From NCBI GenBank assembly GCA_022826195.1, contig JAJDVI010000076.1, positions 85,971 through 149,970 on the forward strand: 64,000 nt of DNA. The letters are read 5' to 3'. Below the pieces are notes generated by a model, which saw only the letters and a list, made by a program, of their open reading frames with translations, was not told the DNA's origin and ran no database searches. Made by a program: the position numbers and the translations under genes. This stretch comes from Acidobacteriota bacterium. Its GTDB lineage: Bacteria > Acidobacteriota > Vicinamibacteria > Marinacidobacterales > Marinacidobacteraceae. This document shows positions 1 to 9,814 of the stretch, piece after piece (position 1 is the first letter of the stretch; each line of letters opens with the position of its first letter).

Positions 1-534
1 TATATCCTCGCCGAGGAGCGCTCGGAACTGCTCGTCGTCGACCAGCACGCCGCGGATGAACGGGTCCTCTTCAACCGGCTGATGGACCTGTCGAGCGAGA
101 CGCGGACCCAGGAACTCCTGCAGCCGGTGCCGCTCGAACTCTCGCCCGTGGAGCGGGCGGCGCTCGCGGAGGAGCACGAGCGCCTGGCCGCTGCCGGCTT
201 CGACATCGAACCCTTCGGGGGGGACGCGTGGATCCTCCGCGGCGTGCCGGAAGCGCTGGGAGTGGGCCGCGGGCTGGACGTGCTCATGCGCTCGCTCGCT
301 TCCGAAGAGAGCGAGTGCACGGCCGCCGCCGTCCACGACGCCCGCGCCCGGATCATGGCGCGGGTCGCCTGCCATGCCGCGGTGACCGCCGGGGTCACCC
401 TCACGACCGAGCGGATGAACGAGGTGCTGGCCTCGCTCTGGGGAACGGAGAATCCCTCGACCTGCCCGCACGGCCGCCCCACGGTGCTGCGCCTCGATCT
501 GCCCTTAATCGAACGGCGTTTCGGACGGACCTGA
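1..534 (+). CDS. mutL: DNA mismatch repair protein MutL, C-terminal endonuclease domain (5' partial)
   Basis: Frame 1 open from window edge; DQHAADERV (DQHAx2Ex4E), CHAAV and CPHGRP motifs of MutL_C. Confidence 0.95.
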   Translation, partial: YILAEERSELLVVDQHAADERVLFNRLMDLSSETRTQELLQPVPLELSPVERAALAEEHERLAAAGFDIEPFGGDAWILRGVPEALGVGRGLDVLMRSLASEESECTAAAVHDARARIMARVACHAAVTAGVTLTTERMNEVLASLWGTENPSTCPHGRPTVLRLDLPLIERRFGRT

Positions 535-535
535 C

Positions 536-775
536 ATGACCGCCGCACCGAAGCGCCGCCGGGAGCCGCTGCCCACCGCGGTGACGCTCGCCTGGATTCG
601 TTACTTCGCCGGCCGGACCCTGATGATGGCGGGAATGCTGGTGGTGACCGGCGCGGCCGCGCTCTTTTTCGGCGCGGACGCCGAGCGGCGGATGCTCGTG
701 TTCACGGGGGCGGGAGCGGCGCTCTTCGTTACCGGATGGCTGCTCTCGAAGAAGCGGCCACCCGAGGCGCGCTGA
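536..775 (+). CDS. Small two-TM membrane protein, hypothetical
   Basis: 79 aa ORF starting 1 nt after the mutL stop; two hydrophobic segments. Confidence 0.6.
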   Translation: MTAAPKRRREPLPTAVTLAWIRYFAGRTLMMAGMLVVTGAAALFFGADAERRMLVFTGAGAALFVTGWLLSKKRPPEAR

Positions 776-847
776 ACGGGCGGGCCGTCCTCGGACGCAT
801 CGGTGGCGTTCAGGCTCGTTCACGCAGGGTAGAGCGAGGCGCGTTGC

Positions 848-890
848 GCCCGCTGCGCGGGCGATGCCGGTCTGAAGACCGGCGTTCCCC
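848..890 (-). repeat. REP-like palindromic element
   Basis: GCCGGTCT-GA-AGACCGGC hairpin (866-883) plus GCCCGC-TGC-GCGGGC hairpin; near-identical to 22920-22960; between convergent genes. Confidence 0.8.
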
Positions 891-1327
891 TACCCCCCGA
901 TGCCGTCGGCGGTGAAGAAGCTGACCACCGACTCGAGCTCTTCCTTGCCCTCGTCCAGCTTGTGCTTCAGAACCTTCCGCACGGTTGCCATGCCGACCAC
1001 CGCCTCGCCGTCCATGATCGGCAGGTGCCGGAAGTGGTTGGAAACCATGACTTCGAGGGCCTGTTCCAGCGTCGTGTCCGGGCTGATGGTCACCGGATCG
1101 GCGGTCATGGCGTCTCCCACCCGGGTGGTTTCCGGGTCCCGGTGCTGCGCGACCACGCGCGTCATCAGGTCGCGCTCGGTGAAGATCCCGGCCAGCGTCC
1201 CATCGGGGTTCATGACCGCGGCCGCCCCAACGCGGTTCCGCACCATCGCCTGCACCGTCGCGCAGATCGTTTCCTCCGGGGGAACGCAGGTGGCCGGCCG
1301 GTGGCTGATCTTGAGCAGCGGGTCCAT
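890..1327 (-). CDS. CBS domain pair protein
   Basis: GIFTERDL...MTADPVTI...FRHLPI tandem CBS pattern; ATG 1327 with AAGGA SD. Confidence 0.9.
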   Translation of the reverse strand: MDPLLKISHRPATCVPPEETICATVQAMVRNRVGAAAVMNPDGTLAGIFTERDLMTRVVAQHRDPETTRVGDAMTADPVTISPDTTLEQALEVMVSNHFRHLPIMDGEAVVGMATVRKVLKHKLDEGKEELESVVSFFTADGIGG

Positions 1328-1461
1328 GACGTTGTCCTTCGATGATCGTGGTTTGAGAACGGCTAGTTTCGCAAAAGGCGGGCGCGATGGCAATCTTCGC
1401 GTGCCGCCGCCGGGCAAGGGAACAGAATTGCCCGGTTCCCCGTCAGAGCAAGACTTCCCGC

Positions 1462-2604
1462 ATGCGCCTCGCCATCGTCTGTTACCCGACCCACGGCGGG
1501 AGCGGTGCGGTCGCCTCCGACCTGGCGATCGGGATGGCGGACGCCGGACACGACGTCCACGTCGTCAGCTACGCGGTGCCTTTCCGGCTGCGGCGGTTCC
1601 ATCCGGGAGTGCGGCTCCATGAAGTGGAGATCGCGTCCTATCCGCTCTTCCGCTACCCCCCGTACACGCTCGGTCTCGCGACCAAACTGGCCGAGGTCGC
1701 GAGCGAGGGCGGCTTCGACATCATCCACGCGCACTACGCGGTTCCCAACGCCGTCAGCGCCTTCCTGGCGCGCGAGATCATCGGAGATGGCCGGACCCGC
1801 GTCGTGACCACCCTTCACGGGACCGACATCACGCTGGTAGGTGCGGACAAGTCGTTCGACCGGGTCATCCGCTTCGCGCTGGAGCGTTCCGACGCCGTCA
1901 CCGCGGTTTCGGACTATCTCGCGGACCGCACCCAGCGCGACTTCGCTCCCCACGTTCCGGTCGAGGTCATCCCCAACTTCGTGGACACGGCACTGCCGGC
2001 TCCCGGCCCGGAGCGCTACGCCCGCGAGGCCTGGGCGCCGAACGGCGAACCGATCCTCATGCACATCTCGAACTTCCGGCCGGTGAAGCGCATCAGCGAC
2101 GTGGTGCGGGTCTTCGCCGCCGTCCGCCGGGAGCTCCCCGCGAAGCTGGTCCTGGTCGGGGAAGGCCCGGAGCGGCTCTTCGCGCAACAGCTCGTCCGCG
2201 AACTCGAAGTCGCCGCGGACGTCGTTTTCCTGGGACAGCAGGACGACATCCGGGGACCGCTCGCCTGCGCGGATCTCCTGCTGCTGCCGAGCGAGCAGGA
2301 GAGTTTCGGCCTGACGGCGCTGGAGGCGATGGTGAGCCGGGTACCGGTGATCGCGACCACGATCGGCGGGCTCCCGGAGGTGGTCACCGACGGCGAGTCG
2401 GGGCGGCTGTTCCCGGTGGGCGAGGTGCGGGGGATGGCCGCGGAGGCGATCCGGCTCCTGACCGACGAGCCGGCGCGCCGGGCGATGGGTGACGCCGGGC
2501 GGGCCCGGGCAATCACCCACTTCGCGCGCGACGTGGTGTTGCCGCGCTACGAGGACCTCTACCGGCGGGTGGCGGCCGGCTCGCTGCCGGTCACCGCCGA
2601 CTGA
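1462..2604 (+). CDS. bshA: N-acetyl-alpha-D-glucosaminyl L-malate synthase (GT4)
   Basis: MRLAIVCYPTHGGSG, HAHYAVPNA, TTLHGTDITLVG, HISNFRPVKR, EQESFGLTALEAM are BshA signatures. Confidence 0.9.
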   Translation: MRLAIVCYPTHGGSGAVASDLAIGMADAGHDVHVVSYAVPFRLRRFHPGVRLHEVEIASYPLFRYPPYTLGLATKLAEVASEGGFDIIHAHYAVPNAVSAFLAREIIGDGRTRVVTTLHGTDITLVGADKSFDRVIRFALERSDAVTAVSDYLADRTQRDFAPHVPVEVIPNFVDTALPAPGPERYAREAWAPNGEPILMHISNFRPVKRISDVVRVFAAVRRELPAKLVLVGEGPERLFAQQLVRELEVAADVVFLGQQDDIRGPLACADLLLLPSEQESFGLTALEAMVSRVPVIATTIGGLPEVVTDGESGRLFPVGEVRGMAAEAIRLLTDEPARRAMGDAGRARAITHFARDVVLPRYEDLYRRVAAGSLPVTAD

Positions 2605-2628
2605 CCGCGAGGCGGCCGATCCGCGGGG

Positions 2629-3585
2629 CTACTCGCGGTAGATCGCTTCCCGGTAGCCGAGGGGCCTCGGGCGCTCGGCCAGATACGCCTGGTCCGCGAG
2701 GCTCCGGACCCCCAGCCGCTTTGCCCACGCCGCGAGGGAACGGACCGGCGCCGCCAGGGGAATCTCGCCCGCCAGGAACGCGGCGATCTCGCCGCCCAGG
2801 CGGTCCCGAACCGCCGGATCGAGCGGTTTCCGGAGATGGCCGGCCAGGTGCAGGAGGGCGTTGTGATGCGTCCCCGCCGATGCCGGTTCGGCGAGCCCGG
2901 CGAGGAACGCTTTCCGGTAGCGCGGCAGCGCGTGCCGGCCGCCCCGCGTGCCGGCGAGAAAGCGGCCGAGCCGCCGGGCGGTCCGTTCCGAGTGCGCCAT
3001 CAGGACCATCTTCCAGCGCGCGTGGAAGTCGTAGAGCCTCGCGGCGTCGGGCGGGTCCGCGGAAAGTTCCCGGAGCTCCGCGAGCGCGAAGACCCGGGTC
3101 AGCCAGTGGTCCCGGCGCGCGGGGCTCTCGAGATCCGCTTCCGAGATCCGCGGGGCCTCGGGAAGGTCCGCCGCGAGGCGGCTCGCGAAGATTCCGGTCC
3201 CGTTCTCCGCGACCACGGCGCCGTCCTCGTGAAGCTTCACGTCGCCCATGCCGCAGCTCGGTGAACGGGACTTGAGCACGATCCCGGCGACGCGGGCCGC
3301 GTCGAAGGTCGTGGCGGCCTGCCGCGCGTAGCCGTCCATGAGCGGGGTCAGGTCTTCGTCCCGGGAGCCGAGCAGCCGGGCGACGTTTCCGCTCCGTTCC
3401 AGCCGGACCTTCGGCCGCGGCACCCCCAGCCCGATGCCGACTTCGGGGCACTCGGAGACCAGTTCGAATACGCCGCCGAGCGCGTCGGTCACATAGCTGC
3501 TCCGGCGGTGCCCGCCGTCGTAGCGCACCGCCTCGCCGAGGAGGCAGCCCGACACCGCGATCCGGATCGGAAGGCGATGCTCCAT
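2629..3585 (-). CDS. DUF523-DUF1722 fusion (YbgA/TudS-RudS-like thiouracil desulfurase family)
   Basis: AVSGCLLGEAVRYDGGH, CPEVGIGLGVPR, LKSRSPSCG; C-terminal FHARWK..LMAHS and H.NALLHLAGH. Confidence 0.85.
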   Translation of the reverse strand: MEHRLPIRIAVSGCLLGEAVRYDGGHRRSSYVTDALGGVFELVSECPEVGIGLGVPRPKVRLERSGNVARLLGSRDEDLTPLMDGYARQAATTFDAARVAGIVLKSRSPSCGMGDVKLHEDGAVVAENGTGIFASRLAADLPEAPRISEADLESPARRDHWLTRVFALAELRELSADPPDAARLYDFHARWKMVLMAHSERTARRLGRFLAGTRGGRHALPRYRKAFLAGLAEPASAGTHHNALLHLAGHLRKPLDPAVRDRLGGEIAAFLAGEIPLAAPVRSLAAWAKRLGVRSLADQAYLAERPRPLGYREAIYRE

Positions 3586-3587
3586 CG

Positions 3588-4271
3588 TCACTCCGCGCAC
3601 AGTTCCCGAGCCGTCGCGAAGACCTCGTGGAACATGGGCCGGGTGAGCCGGCCGGTGAACGTGTTCTGCTGGCTCGGGTGGTAGCTCGCGAGCAGGTGGG
3701 TTCCGGGCGCGACCCGGGCCACGGCGCCGTGGCCGAAGCGGGGGAGCGGCGTCGGGACGGCGCGGCCGAGCGCCTTCCAGGTGCGGAGAAAGGTCCGGAA
3801 GGCGATCGAGCCGAGCGCGAGAACCACCCGGAGCCTGGCCGCCTCGCGGATCTCCTCCTCGAGAAACGGTTGGCAGGCGGCGAGTTCCTCGGCGGCCGGG
3901 CGGTTGCCGGGGGGAGCGCAGTGGATCGCGGCGGTGATCCGGGTGCGCAGCAACCGGAGACCGTCGTCCGGATCCGGCGAGTACGGCGCCGACGAGAAAC
4001 CGAACCGGTGCAGCGCTTCGTAGAGCCACTCCCCCGACCGGTCTCCGGTGAACATCCGGCCCGTTCGGTTCGCGCCGTGGGCCGCCGGGGCGAGACCCAC
4101 GATGAGCAGGCGGAAACCTTCGACCCCGAAGGACGGGACGGGCCGCGCCCAGTACCCGGACCCGCGAAACCGCCGGGGCGGCTCGCGCGCCACCGCCTCG
4201 CGATGGGCCACGAGGCGCGGACAGGCCCGGCACGCGGTCACCCGCGCGTGGAAGTCGGTGGGGAGGGTCAC
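3588..4271 (-). CDS. Uracil-DNA glycosylase family 5 (UdgB-like, Fe-S)
   Basis: CRACPRL, GLAPAAHGANRTGRMFTGDRSG, HCAPPGNRP, YHPSQQNT. Confidence 0.9.
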   Translation of the reverse strand: MTLPTDFHARVTACRACPRLVAHREAVAREPPRRFRGSGYWARPVPSFGVEGFRLLIVGLAPAAHGANRTGRMFTGDRSGEWLYEALHRFGFSSAPYSPDPDDGLRLLRTRITAAIHCAPPGNRPAAEELAACQPFLEEEIREAARLRVVLALGSIAFRTFLRTWKALGRAVPTPLPRFGHGAVARVAPGTHLLASYHPSQQNTFTGRLTRPMFHEVFATARELCAE

Positions 4272-4342
4272 GAGCGCCCCGATTGTCGCAGCCCCCCGTC
4301 CTCCGGGGCGGCATCCGTCAGAATGTGCGGCCGGAATCCCGA

Positions 4343-5104
4343 ATGACCGCGGTGGAGCAGTTCCTCGAGCCCGACGATCCGGGCAGGTCCCGGCTGGCGG
4401 TGAGCTGGACCCCGGGAACCGATGCCGCGGCGCCGGTCTGGGTATTCCTTCACGGGCTGGGCTCGGATCGAAAGGGAGAGAAGGCGCTCCGGTTCCGCGA
4501 CCACCTCGCCGGGCGCGGGCCCGGGTTCCTGTCCCTCGACTTCACCGGGCACGGCGACTCGGGGGGCGACTGCCACGGCCTTTCGCTCACCCGGAATCTC
4601 GCGGACGTCGGCCGGGCCGTTTCCTTCCTGCGCGAGGAGGCGCCCGCGGCGCCGCTGATCCTGGTGGGGTCCTCGATGGGCGGCATCGCGGCGCTCTGGT
4701 ACGCCTCGCTCTTTCCCGGCGCGGTCCGCCGGGTGTTCGCCATCGCTCCCGCCTTCCTGATGGCGGCCCGTTTCGCCGCCAGCCTGTCCGCCGCCGCCCG
4801 CCGGGAATGGGCCGACCGGGGATTCCTGTCCGTGCCGATCGGGGATCGGGACCTCGAGATCGGTTGGGGAATGGTCACGGACGAGGACGGCTATCCGATG
4901 GAGCGCCTGGCCGCGGACCTCGCGACTCCGTCCCTCCTGATCCACGGAGACGAGGACGCGGTGGTCCCACCGGAACTCTCGCGGGACTTCGCCGGATCCT
5001 GCGCCGCCGCGGAACTCGTCGAGATCGAGGGCGGCGACCACCGCTTGAGCGGCGTCAAGGACCTGCTGTTCGAGATCATGTGGACCGCGGGGGCGGCAAG
5101 CTGA
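4343..5104 (+). CDS. Alpha/beta hydrolase
   Basis: HGLGSDRKG, GSSMGG nucleophile elbow, HGDED, GGDHRL. Confidence 0.85.
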   Translation: MTAVEQFLEPDDPGRSRLAVSWTPGTDAAAPVWVFLHGLGSDRKGEKALRFRDHLAGRGPGFLSLDFTGHGDSGGDCHGLSLTRNLADVGRAVSFLREEAPAAPLILVGSSMGGIAALWYASLFPGAVRRVFAIAPAFLMAARFAASLSAAARREWADRGFLSVPIGDRDLEIGWGMVTDEDGYPMERLAADLATPSLLIHGDEDAVVPPELSRDFAGSCAAAELVEIEGGDHRLSGVKDLLFEIMWTAGAAS

Positions 5105-6174
5105 TGTCCGGACTCTTCGTCGCGCTGAGCCTCTACGCGGCCGTTCTGGTGGTCGCCTTCGGCACCGGGCTCGTGATCGAGCGCGCCGCGCGCGCGGTGT
5201 TCCGCAAGAAGGCCGCGAAGACGCAGACCGACTGGGACGACTGGGTCGCGGAGGAAGGGTTCCACCTGGTGCCGTCCCTGGTGCTCGCCGTCGTCGCCAC
5301 CCGGATCCTGATGACGATCCGGCCGCCGGCGGACGCGGTGGAGCCGCTCGTGACCACGGGCCTGCAGGTGGTGCTGGTCCTGGCCGCCATCCGGGTCGGG
5401 GTGGACCTGGGGCTAGCGACGCTCCGCATCCGGCAGAAGCGCCTCGGCCACCAGGGAGTCTCCATCCTCCGAAACACCCTGGTCGGCGTGGCGCTGACCG
5501 CCGGAGTGCTCGTCGTCCTCGACCAGCTCGGGATCTCGGTGGCGCCGCTGCTCGCGACGCTGGGAGTGGGCGCGCTGGCCCTCGCCCTCGCCCTGCAGCC
5601 GACGCTCGGAAACATCTTCGCCGGGATCCAGATGGTCGCCGCCGGGCAGTTCCAGGTGGGCGACTTCCTGCGGGTGAACGATTCGGGCGTCGAGGGCTAC
5701 GTCACCGACATCGGCTGGCGCACCACCACCCTCCGGACCCTGCTCGACAACTACGTGATCATCCCGAACTCGCAGCTCGCGGAGTCGGTGCTCACCAACC
5801 TGCACACACCGAATCCGCGCGTGCGGCTCAGCATCGGAGTGGGCGTCCACTACGACACCGACCTCGGGGAGGCGGAGCGCATCGCGCGCGCGGTGATCCG
5901 GGAAGTCCAGGATGAGACCGAGGCCGGCGTCCCGGGGTTCGAGGGCGACATCCGCTGGACGGCGTTCGGGGACTCGGCGATCACCTACGACGCGATCCTG
6001 CAGGCGAAGAAGCCGCTCGACCGGTTCGCGGTCGCCAGCGCCTTCATCAAGCGGCTCCACCGCCGCTACGACGAGGCCGGGATCGAGATCCCGTATCCGA
6101 TCCGGAACCTGTATCTGCGCACCGGGCTGGCAGTGACCGGCCCCGGAAACACACCGGAATCCGAAGGCGGATAG
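5104..6174 (+). CDS. Small-conductance mechanosensitive channel (MscS family)
   Basis: LGVGALALALALQPTLGNIFAG, GDFLRV, IGWRTT, IIPNSQL, GIEIPYP; TGATG coupling to upstream gene. Confidence 0.9.
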   Translation: MSGLFVALSLYAAVLVVAFGTGLVIERAARAVFRKKAAKTQTDWDDWVAEEGFHLVPSLVLAVVATRILMTIRPPADAVEPLVTTGLQVVLVLAAIRVGVDLGLATLRIRQKRLGHQGVSILRNTLVGVALTAGVLVVLDQLGISVAPLLATLGVGALALALALQPTLGNIFAGIQMVAAGQFQVGDFLRVNDSGVEGYVTDIGWRTTTLRTLLDNYVIIPNSQLAESVLTNLHTPNPRVRLSIGVGVHYDTDLGEAERIARAVIREVQDETEAGVPGFEGDIRWTAFGDSAITYDAILQAKKPLDRFAVASAFIKRLHRRYDEAGIEIPYPIRNLYLRTGLAVTGPGNTPESEGG

Positions 6175-6227
6175 CGGGCTTTCGATCCAGCGCATTCTCA
6201 AGGGTCTTCACAAGGAGGAGTTTGCAG

Positions 6228-7976
6228 GTGACAGCAGCACAACCTGCGGGCGGCGGCGCTGCGGCGTCCTCGATCCGCTACCAGCCGGACGAACGACCGC
6301 CGGAGGCGCTCGCCTTCGGGCTCGGTCTCCAGATGGCGATCCTGCAGATCGCCGGCATCGTCCTCACGCCCGCCATCGTGATCCGCGCCGCGGGGCTGGG
6401 CGAGCCGTACCTCTCCTGGGCGGTCTTCGCCGCGCTCACGGTGTGCGGTCTTTCCACCATCCTGCAGGCCAATCGGGTCGGCCGGTTCGGGGCCGGGCAT
6501 GTCCTGCTCATGGGAACCTCCGGCGCCTTCATCGCGATTTCGGTCGCCGCCCTCCGGGAGGGAGGGCCGGCGCTGCTCGCGGTTCTGGTCCTCGTTTCCT
6601 CCCTGTTCCAGTTCGGCCTCGCCTTCCGGCTCGCCTGGCTTCGCCGGGTGATCACCCCGACGGTCGCGGGGATCGTCATCATGCTGATCGCGGCCACGGT
6701 GATGCCCATCCTGTTCCCGCTGCTCGGCGACGTACCCGAGGGAGCCGGCCCGCTGGCGGCCCCGCTGAGCGCCGGAGCGGCCCTCGCCGTCTTCGCCGGA
6801 CTCGCGCTCCGGGCAAGGGGATTCGTGCGGCTCTGGGCGCCGATCATCGGGGTGGCCGTCGGCTCCACGGTCGGCGCCCTCACCGGCATCTTCGACTTCG
6901 GGCCGGTCGTGAGCGCGGGCTGGATCGGCATCCCCACCGGATGGCCGGGACTGGACTTCTCCTTCGGAGCCTCCTTCTGGGCGCTCCTGCCCGCCTTCAT
7001 CTTCGTGACCCTCATCGGGGCCATCGAGACGATCGGGGATTCCATCGCCATCCAGCGGGTTTCGTGGAGGAAACCGCAGGCGCCCGACTACCGGGTGGTG
7101 GCCGGCGCGGTCGCCGCCGACGGCGTCGGCAACCTGCTCTCGGGTGTCCTCGCCACCGTGCCCAACACGACCTATTCGAACAGCATCTCCATGACGGAGC
7201 TGACCGGCGTGGCCTCGCGCCGGGTGGGAACCTGGATCGGAATCAGTTTCCTCGGGCTCGCGCTGTTGCCCAAGGTCGCGGCTCTCTTCCTCGCGATCCC
7301 GGGCCCGGTGGTCGGCGCCTTTGGTATGGGCCTCATCGGGATCCTGTTCAGCCTGGGTATGCACATGGTCGTGAAGGACGGGATGAATCTCCAGAAAGCG
7401 GTCATCGTCGGCCTGTCCTTCTGGGTCGGCAGCGGCTTCCAGGGCGCCGCGATCTTCCCCGAGCTGCTCGCGGGTTTCTGGGGAGTCCTCCTGGACAACG
7501 GCATGACCGCCGGCGGCCTGATGGCCATCCTGCTGATGGTGTTCCTGAACCTGACGGGAGCTCGGCCGAAGCGGCTCGACACCAGTCTCGACATGGCGGC
7601 GGGACCGAAGATCGAGGAGTTCCTGACCGCGGAGGCCTCCCGGCGCGGCTGGGACGGGAGCTCCACGAACCGGCTCGTTTCGGCGGGAGAGGAGGCGCTG
7701 CTGACGCTCCTGGACGCTGGGGAGACGGCAGAGGCCGCGGCCCGGCAACTCCGCCTCACCGCGCGGACCGGCCGGCGCTCCGCGGAGCTGGAGTTCGTGG
7801 CCGCCGCCGGAGGCCTCAATATCGAAGACCGCCTGGCGATGATGGGCGACCGGCCCGAAGTCCCCGACGAGAGCGAGATCTCGCTGCGCCTGCTGAAGCA
7901 CTACGCGAGTTCGGTGCGGCACCAGAAGTACCACGACGTGGACATCGTGACGGTGGAGGTGAGCGGACGCGCCTGA
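6228..7976 (+). CDS. Xanthine/uracil permease (NCS2) with C-terminal cytoplasmic extension
   Basis: GLQM, IETIGD, ADGVGNLLSG..TVPNTTYSNS NCS2 motifs; AGGAGG SD before GTG 6228. Confidence 0.85.
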   Translation: MTAAQPAGGGAAASSIRYQPDERPPEALAFGLGLQMAILQIAGIVLTPAIVIRAAGLGEPYLSWAVFAALTVCGLSTILQANRVGRFGAGHVLLMGTSGAFIAISVAALREGGPALLAVLVLVSSLFQFGLAFRLAWLRRVITPTVAGIVIMLIAATVMPILFPLLGDVPEGAGPLAAPLSAGAALAVFAGLALRARGFVRLWAPIIGVAVGSTVGALTGIFDFGPVVSAGWIGIPTGWPGLDFSFGASFWALLPAFIFVTLIGAIETIGDSIAIQRVSWRKPQAPDYRVVAGAVAADGVGNLLSGVLATVPNTTYSNSISMTELTGVASRRVGTWIGISFLGLALLPKVAALFLAIPGPVVGAFGMGLIGILFSLGMHMVVKDGMNLQKAVIVGLSFWVGSGFQGAAIFPELLAGFWGVLLDNGMTAGGLMAILLMVFLNLTGARPKRLDTSLDMAAGPKIEEFLTAEASRRGWDGSSTNRLVSAGEEALLTLLDAGETAEAAARQLRLTARTGRRSAELEFVAAAGGLNIEDRLAMMGDRPEVPDESEISLRLLKHYASSVRHQKYHDVDIVTVEVSGRA

Positions 7977-8000
7977 TCGGACCGGGTGCGGACCGCCGAG

Positions 8001-8606
8001 ATGATCCCCCGCCGCCGCTGGGCCGCCATCGCGGCGGCCGCGCTCCTCATCGCCGCCGCGGCGGTGGGCGCGGAGTCCTGGATTCTGACGTCGGGCGAAG
8101 TACGCGTCCGGTGCCGGCTCACCGTGGGGGGAAGCTTCGACGCGGTCACGTCCCGGATCTCCGGCGCCGTGCGTCTGGAAGATGGCGGCGCCCCCGGGTT
8201 GCCGGGACAGGTGCGGGTGAGACTCGACTCGCTGGACACCGGCATCGGTCTGCGGAACCGTCACCTTCGGGAGACCTACCTGGAAGTTGACCGCGGCGAG
8301 GAATTCCGCGAGGCGGTGCTGATCGAGGTGGAGCTGGCCGACCCGCTTCCGTCCGGAGCCCGGGACCATGAAACCGGTTTCGCGGGCCTGCTGTCGCTCC
8401 ACGGGATGGAGCGGAGGGTCGAGGGCGAGGCGCGGCTGGTGCGGCGCGACGGGCGGGTACGGGTAGAAGCCGAGTTCCCGCTCAGCCTCGCGGATTTCGC
8501 GATTCCACCCCCCCGCTACCTCGGGGTGGGCGTGCGTGACGAGATCCGGATCACGGTCAGCTTCGATGCCGCGATCGCGTCCTCTCCTCCGGGAGCGAGG
8601 CCGTGA
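8001..8606 (+). CDS. YceI-like secreted lipid/polyisoprenoid-binding protein
   Basis: Signal peptide; SLDTGIGLRNRHLR, LSLHG, LADFAIPPP YceI pattern. Confidence 0.8.
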   Translation: MIPRRRWAAIAAAALLIAAAAVGAESWILTSGEVRVRCRLTVGGSFDAVTSRISGAVRLEDGGAPGLPGQVRVRLDSLDTGIGLRNRHLRETYLEVDRGEEFREAVLIEVELADPLPSGARDHETGFAGLLSLHGMERRVEGEARLVRRDGRVRVEAEFPLSLADFAIPPPRYLGVGVRDEIRITVSFDAAIASSPPGARP

Positions 8607-9742
8607 CCGGAGCCGGAGATCGCGGGCGCCGCCGTTTCGTCCTCCTTGCCGCGATGGTGGCGTGCTGGAGCGCCGCGCCGGCGGCTGCGGAACCCACGTT
8701 CCTCTCGAAGCAGTACCCGCGGTGCACCGCCTGCCACTACTCCGCTTCGGGGGGAGGTCTCCTGACGCCCTACGGACGCTCGCTCTCGCGAGAGGAGATC
8801 TCGACCTTCGGTCGCCGGGACGCGTCCGCGGCGGCGGGCGCCCGGGCCGAGGAGCAGTTCCTCTTCGGCGCGGTCGGCAGCGACGCCCCGTTGCAGCTCG
8901 GGCTGGACCTCCGGCCCTCGCAGTTGCGCATCGAGGCCGCCGGCCGCGAACTGCCCGACCGGAATTTCCTCATGAACCTGGACCTGCAGGCGGCCTGGAG
9001 ATCCGGAAACTGGACCGCCTACGGCACCGCGGGGCGCCGTCCCGGCGGGGGTCTGGTGACCTACGAGCACTGGCTCGCGCGACAGGTCTCGGATCGGGTG
9101 AGCGTGCGCGGCGGGCGGTTCCTGCCGGCCTACGGAGTGCGCTTCGCCGATCACACCGCACTTTCCCGGGACCGCCTCGGCCTTGCGGAGGATGACCAGA
9201 TCTACGGGGTGGAACTCGGCCTTCATTCCGATCGTTCGCTACTCCAGGTCGCGGCGGGGCCGGGCAGGGCCGAATCGCTCCTGAACGACGACGGGAGAGG
9301 GGCCTTCACCGTCAGCGGCCGTGCGCAGCGGGATTTCGGTTCCCGCACGGTGGCGGTCGGATCGGTTCTCCATCGTGGCGCATCGGACCGGGCCGGCCGC
9401 AGCACCGCCGTGGGAGCCTCGTTCGGGCACGCCCCGGTCCCCTGGCTTACGACGTGGACGCAAGTGGACGTCCGGTTCCAGGATTCGGCTCCGGGTGACC
9501 GCGCCGTCATCCTCACCAACCAGACGTCCGTCGAGGTGTGGCGCGGCGTCTGGCTTCGGGTTTCGCCGCAGAGGTACCGGGTGCCGGACAACCCCCGTAG
9601 TGAGATTCACCGGATGGTCTACGGGCTGGACCTCTACCCGCGCACCCACTGGCACGTGAATCTGTCCTGGTACCGGGACCGGTTCGTTTCTTCCGGCCGG
9701 CTCCACCAGCGGCTGCTCGCCCAGATGCACCTGTATCTGTAG
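8603..9742 (+). CDS. Putative outer-membrane beta-barrel with N-terminal CxxCH haem motif
   Basis: Signal peptide, CTACH followed by GGGLLTPYGR, amphipathic strands, C-terminal MHLYL. Confidence 0.65.
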   Translation: MTGAGDRGRRRFVLLAAMVACWSAAPAAAEPTFLSKQYPRCTACHYSASGGGLLTPYGRSLSREEISTFGRRDASAAAGARAEEQFLFGAVGSDAPLQLGLDLRPSQLRIEAAGRELPDRNFLMNLDLQAAWRSGNWTAYGTAGRRPGGGLVTYEHWLARQVSDRVSVRGGRFLPAYGVRFADHTALSRDRLGLAEDDQIYGVELGLHSDRSLLQVAAGPGRAESLLNDDGRGAFTVSGRAQRDFGSRTVAVGSVLHRGASDRAGRSTAVGASFGHAPVPWLTTWTQVDVRFQDSAPGDRAVILTNQTSVEVWRGVWLRVSPQRYRVPDNPRSEIHRMVYGLDLYPRTHWHVNLSWYRDRFVSSGRLHQRLLAQMHLYL

Positions 9743-9814
9743 GGACTCTCCTTCGCCGGGCGCCGCCCTTCCTGACCGGCGGGCGGGTTGCGGCGCTCTG
9801 GTATGTTCGGGGCC

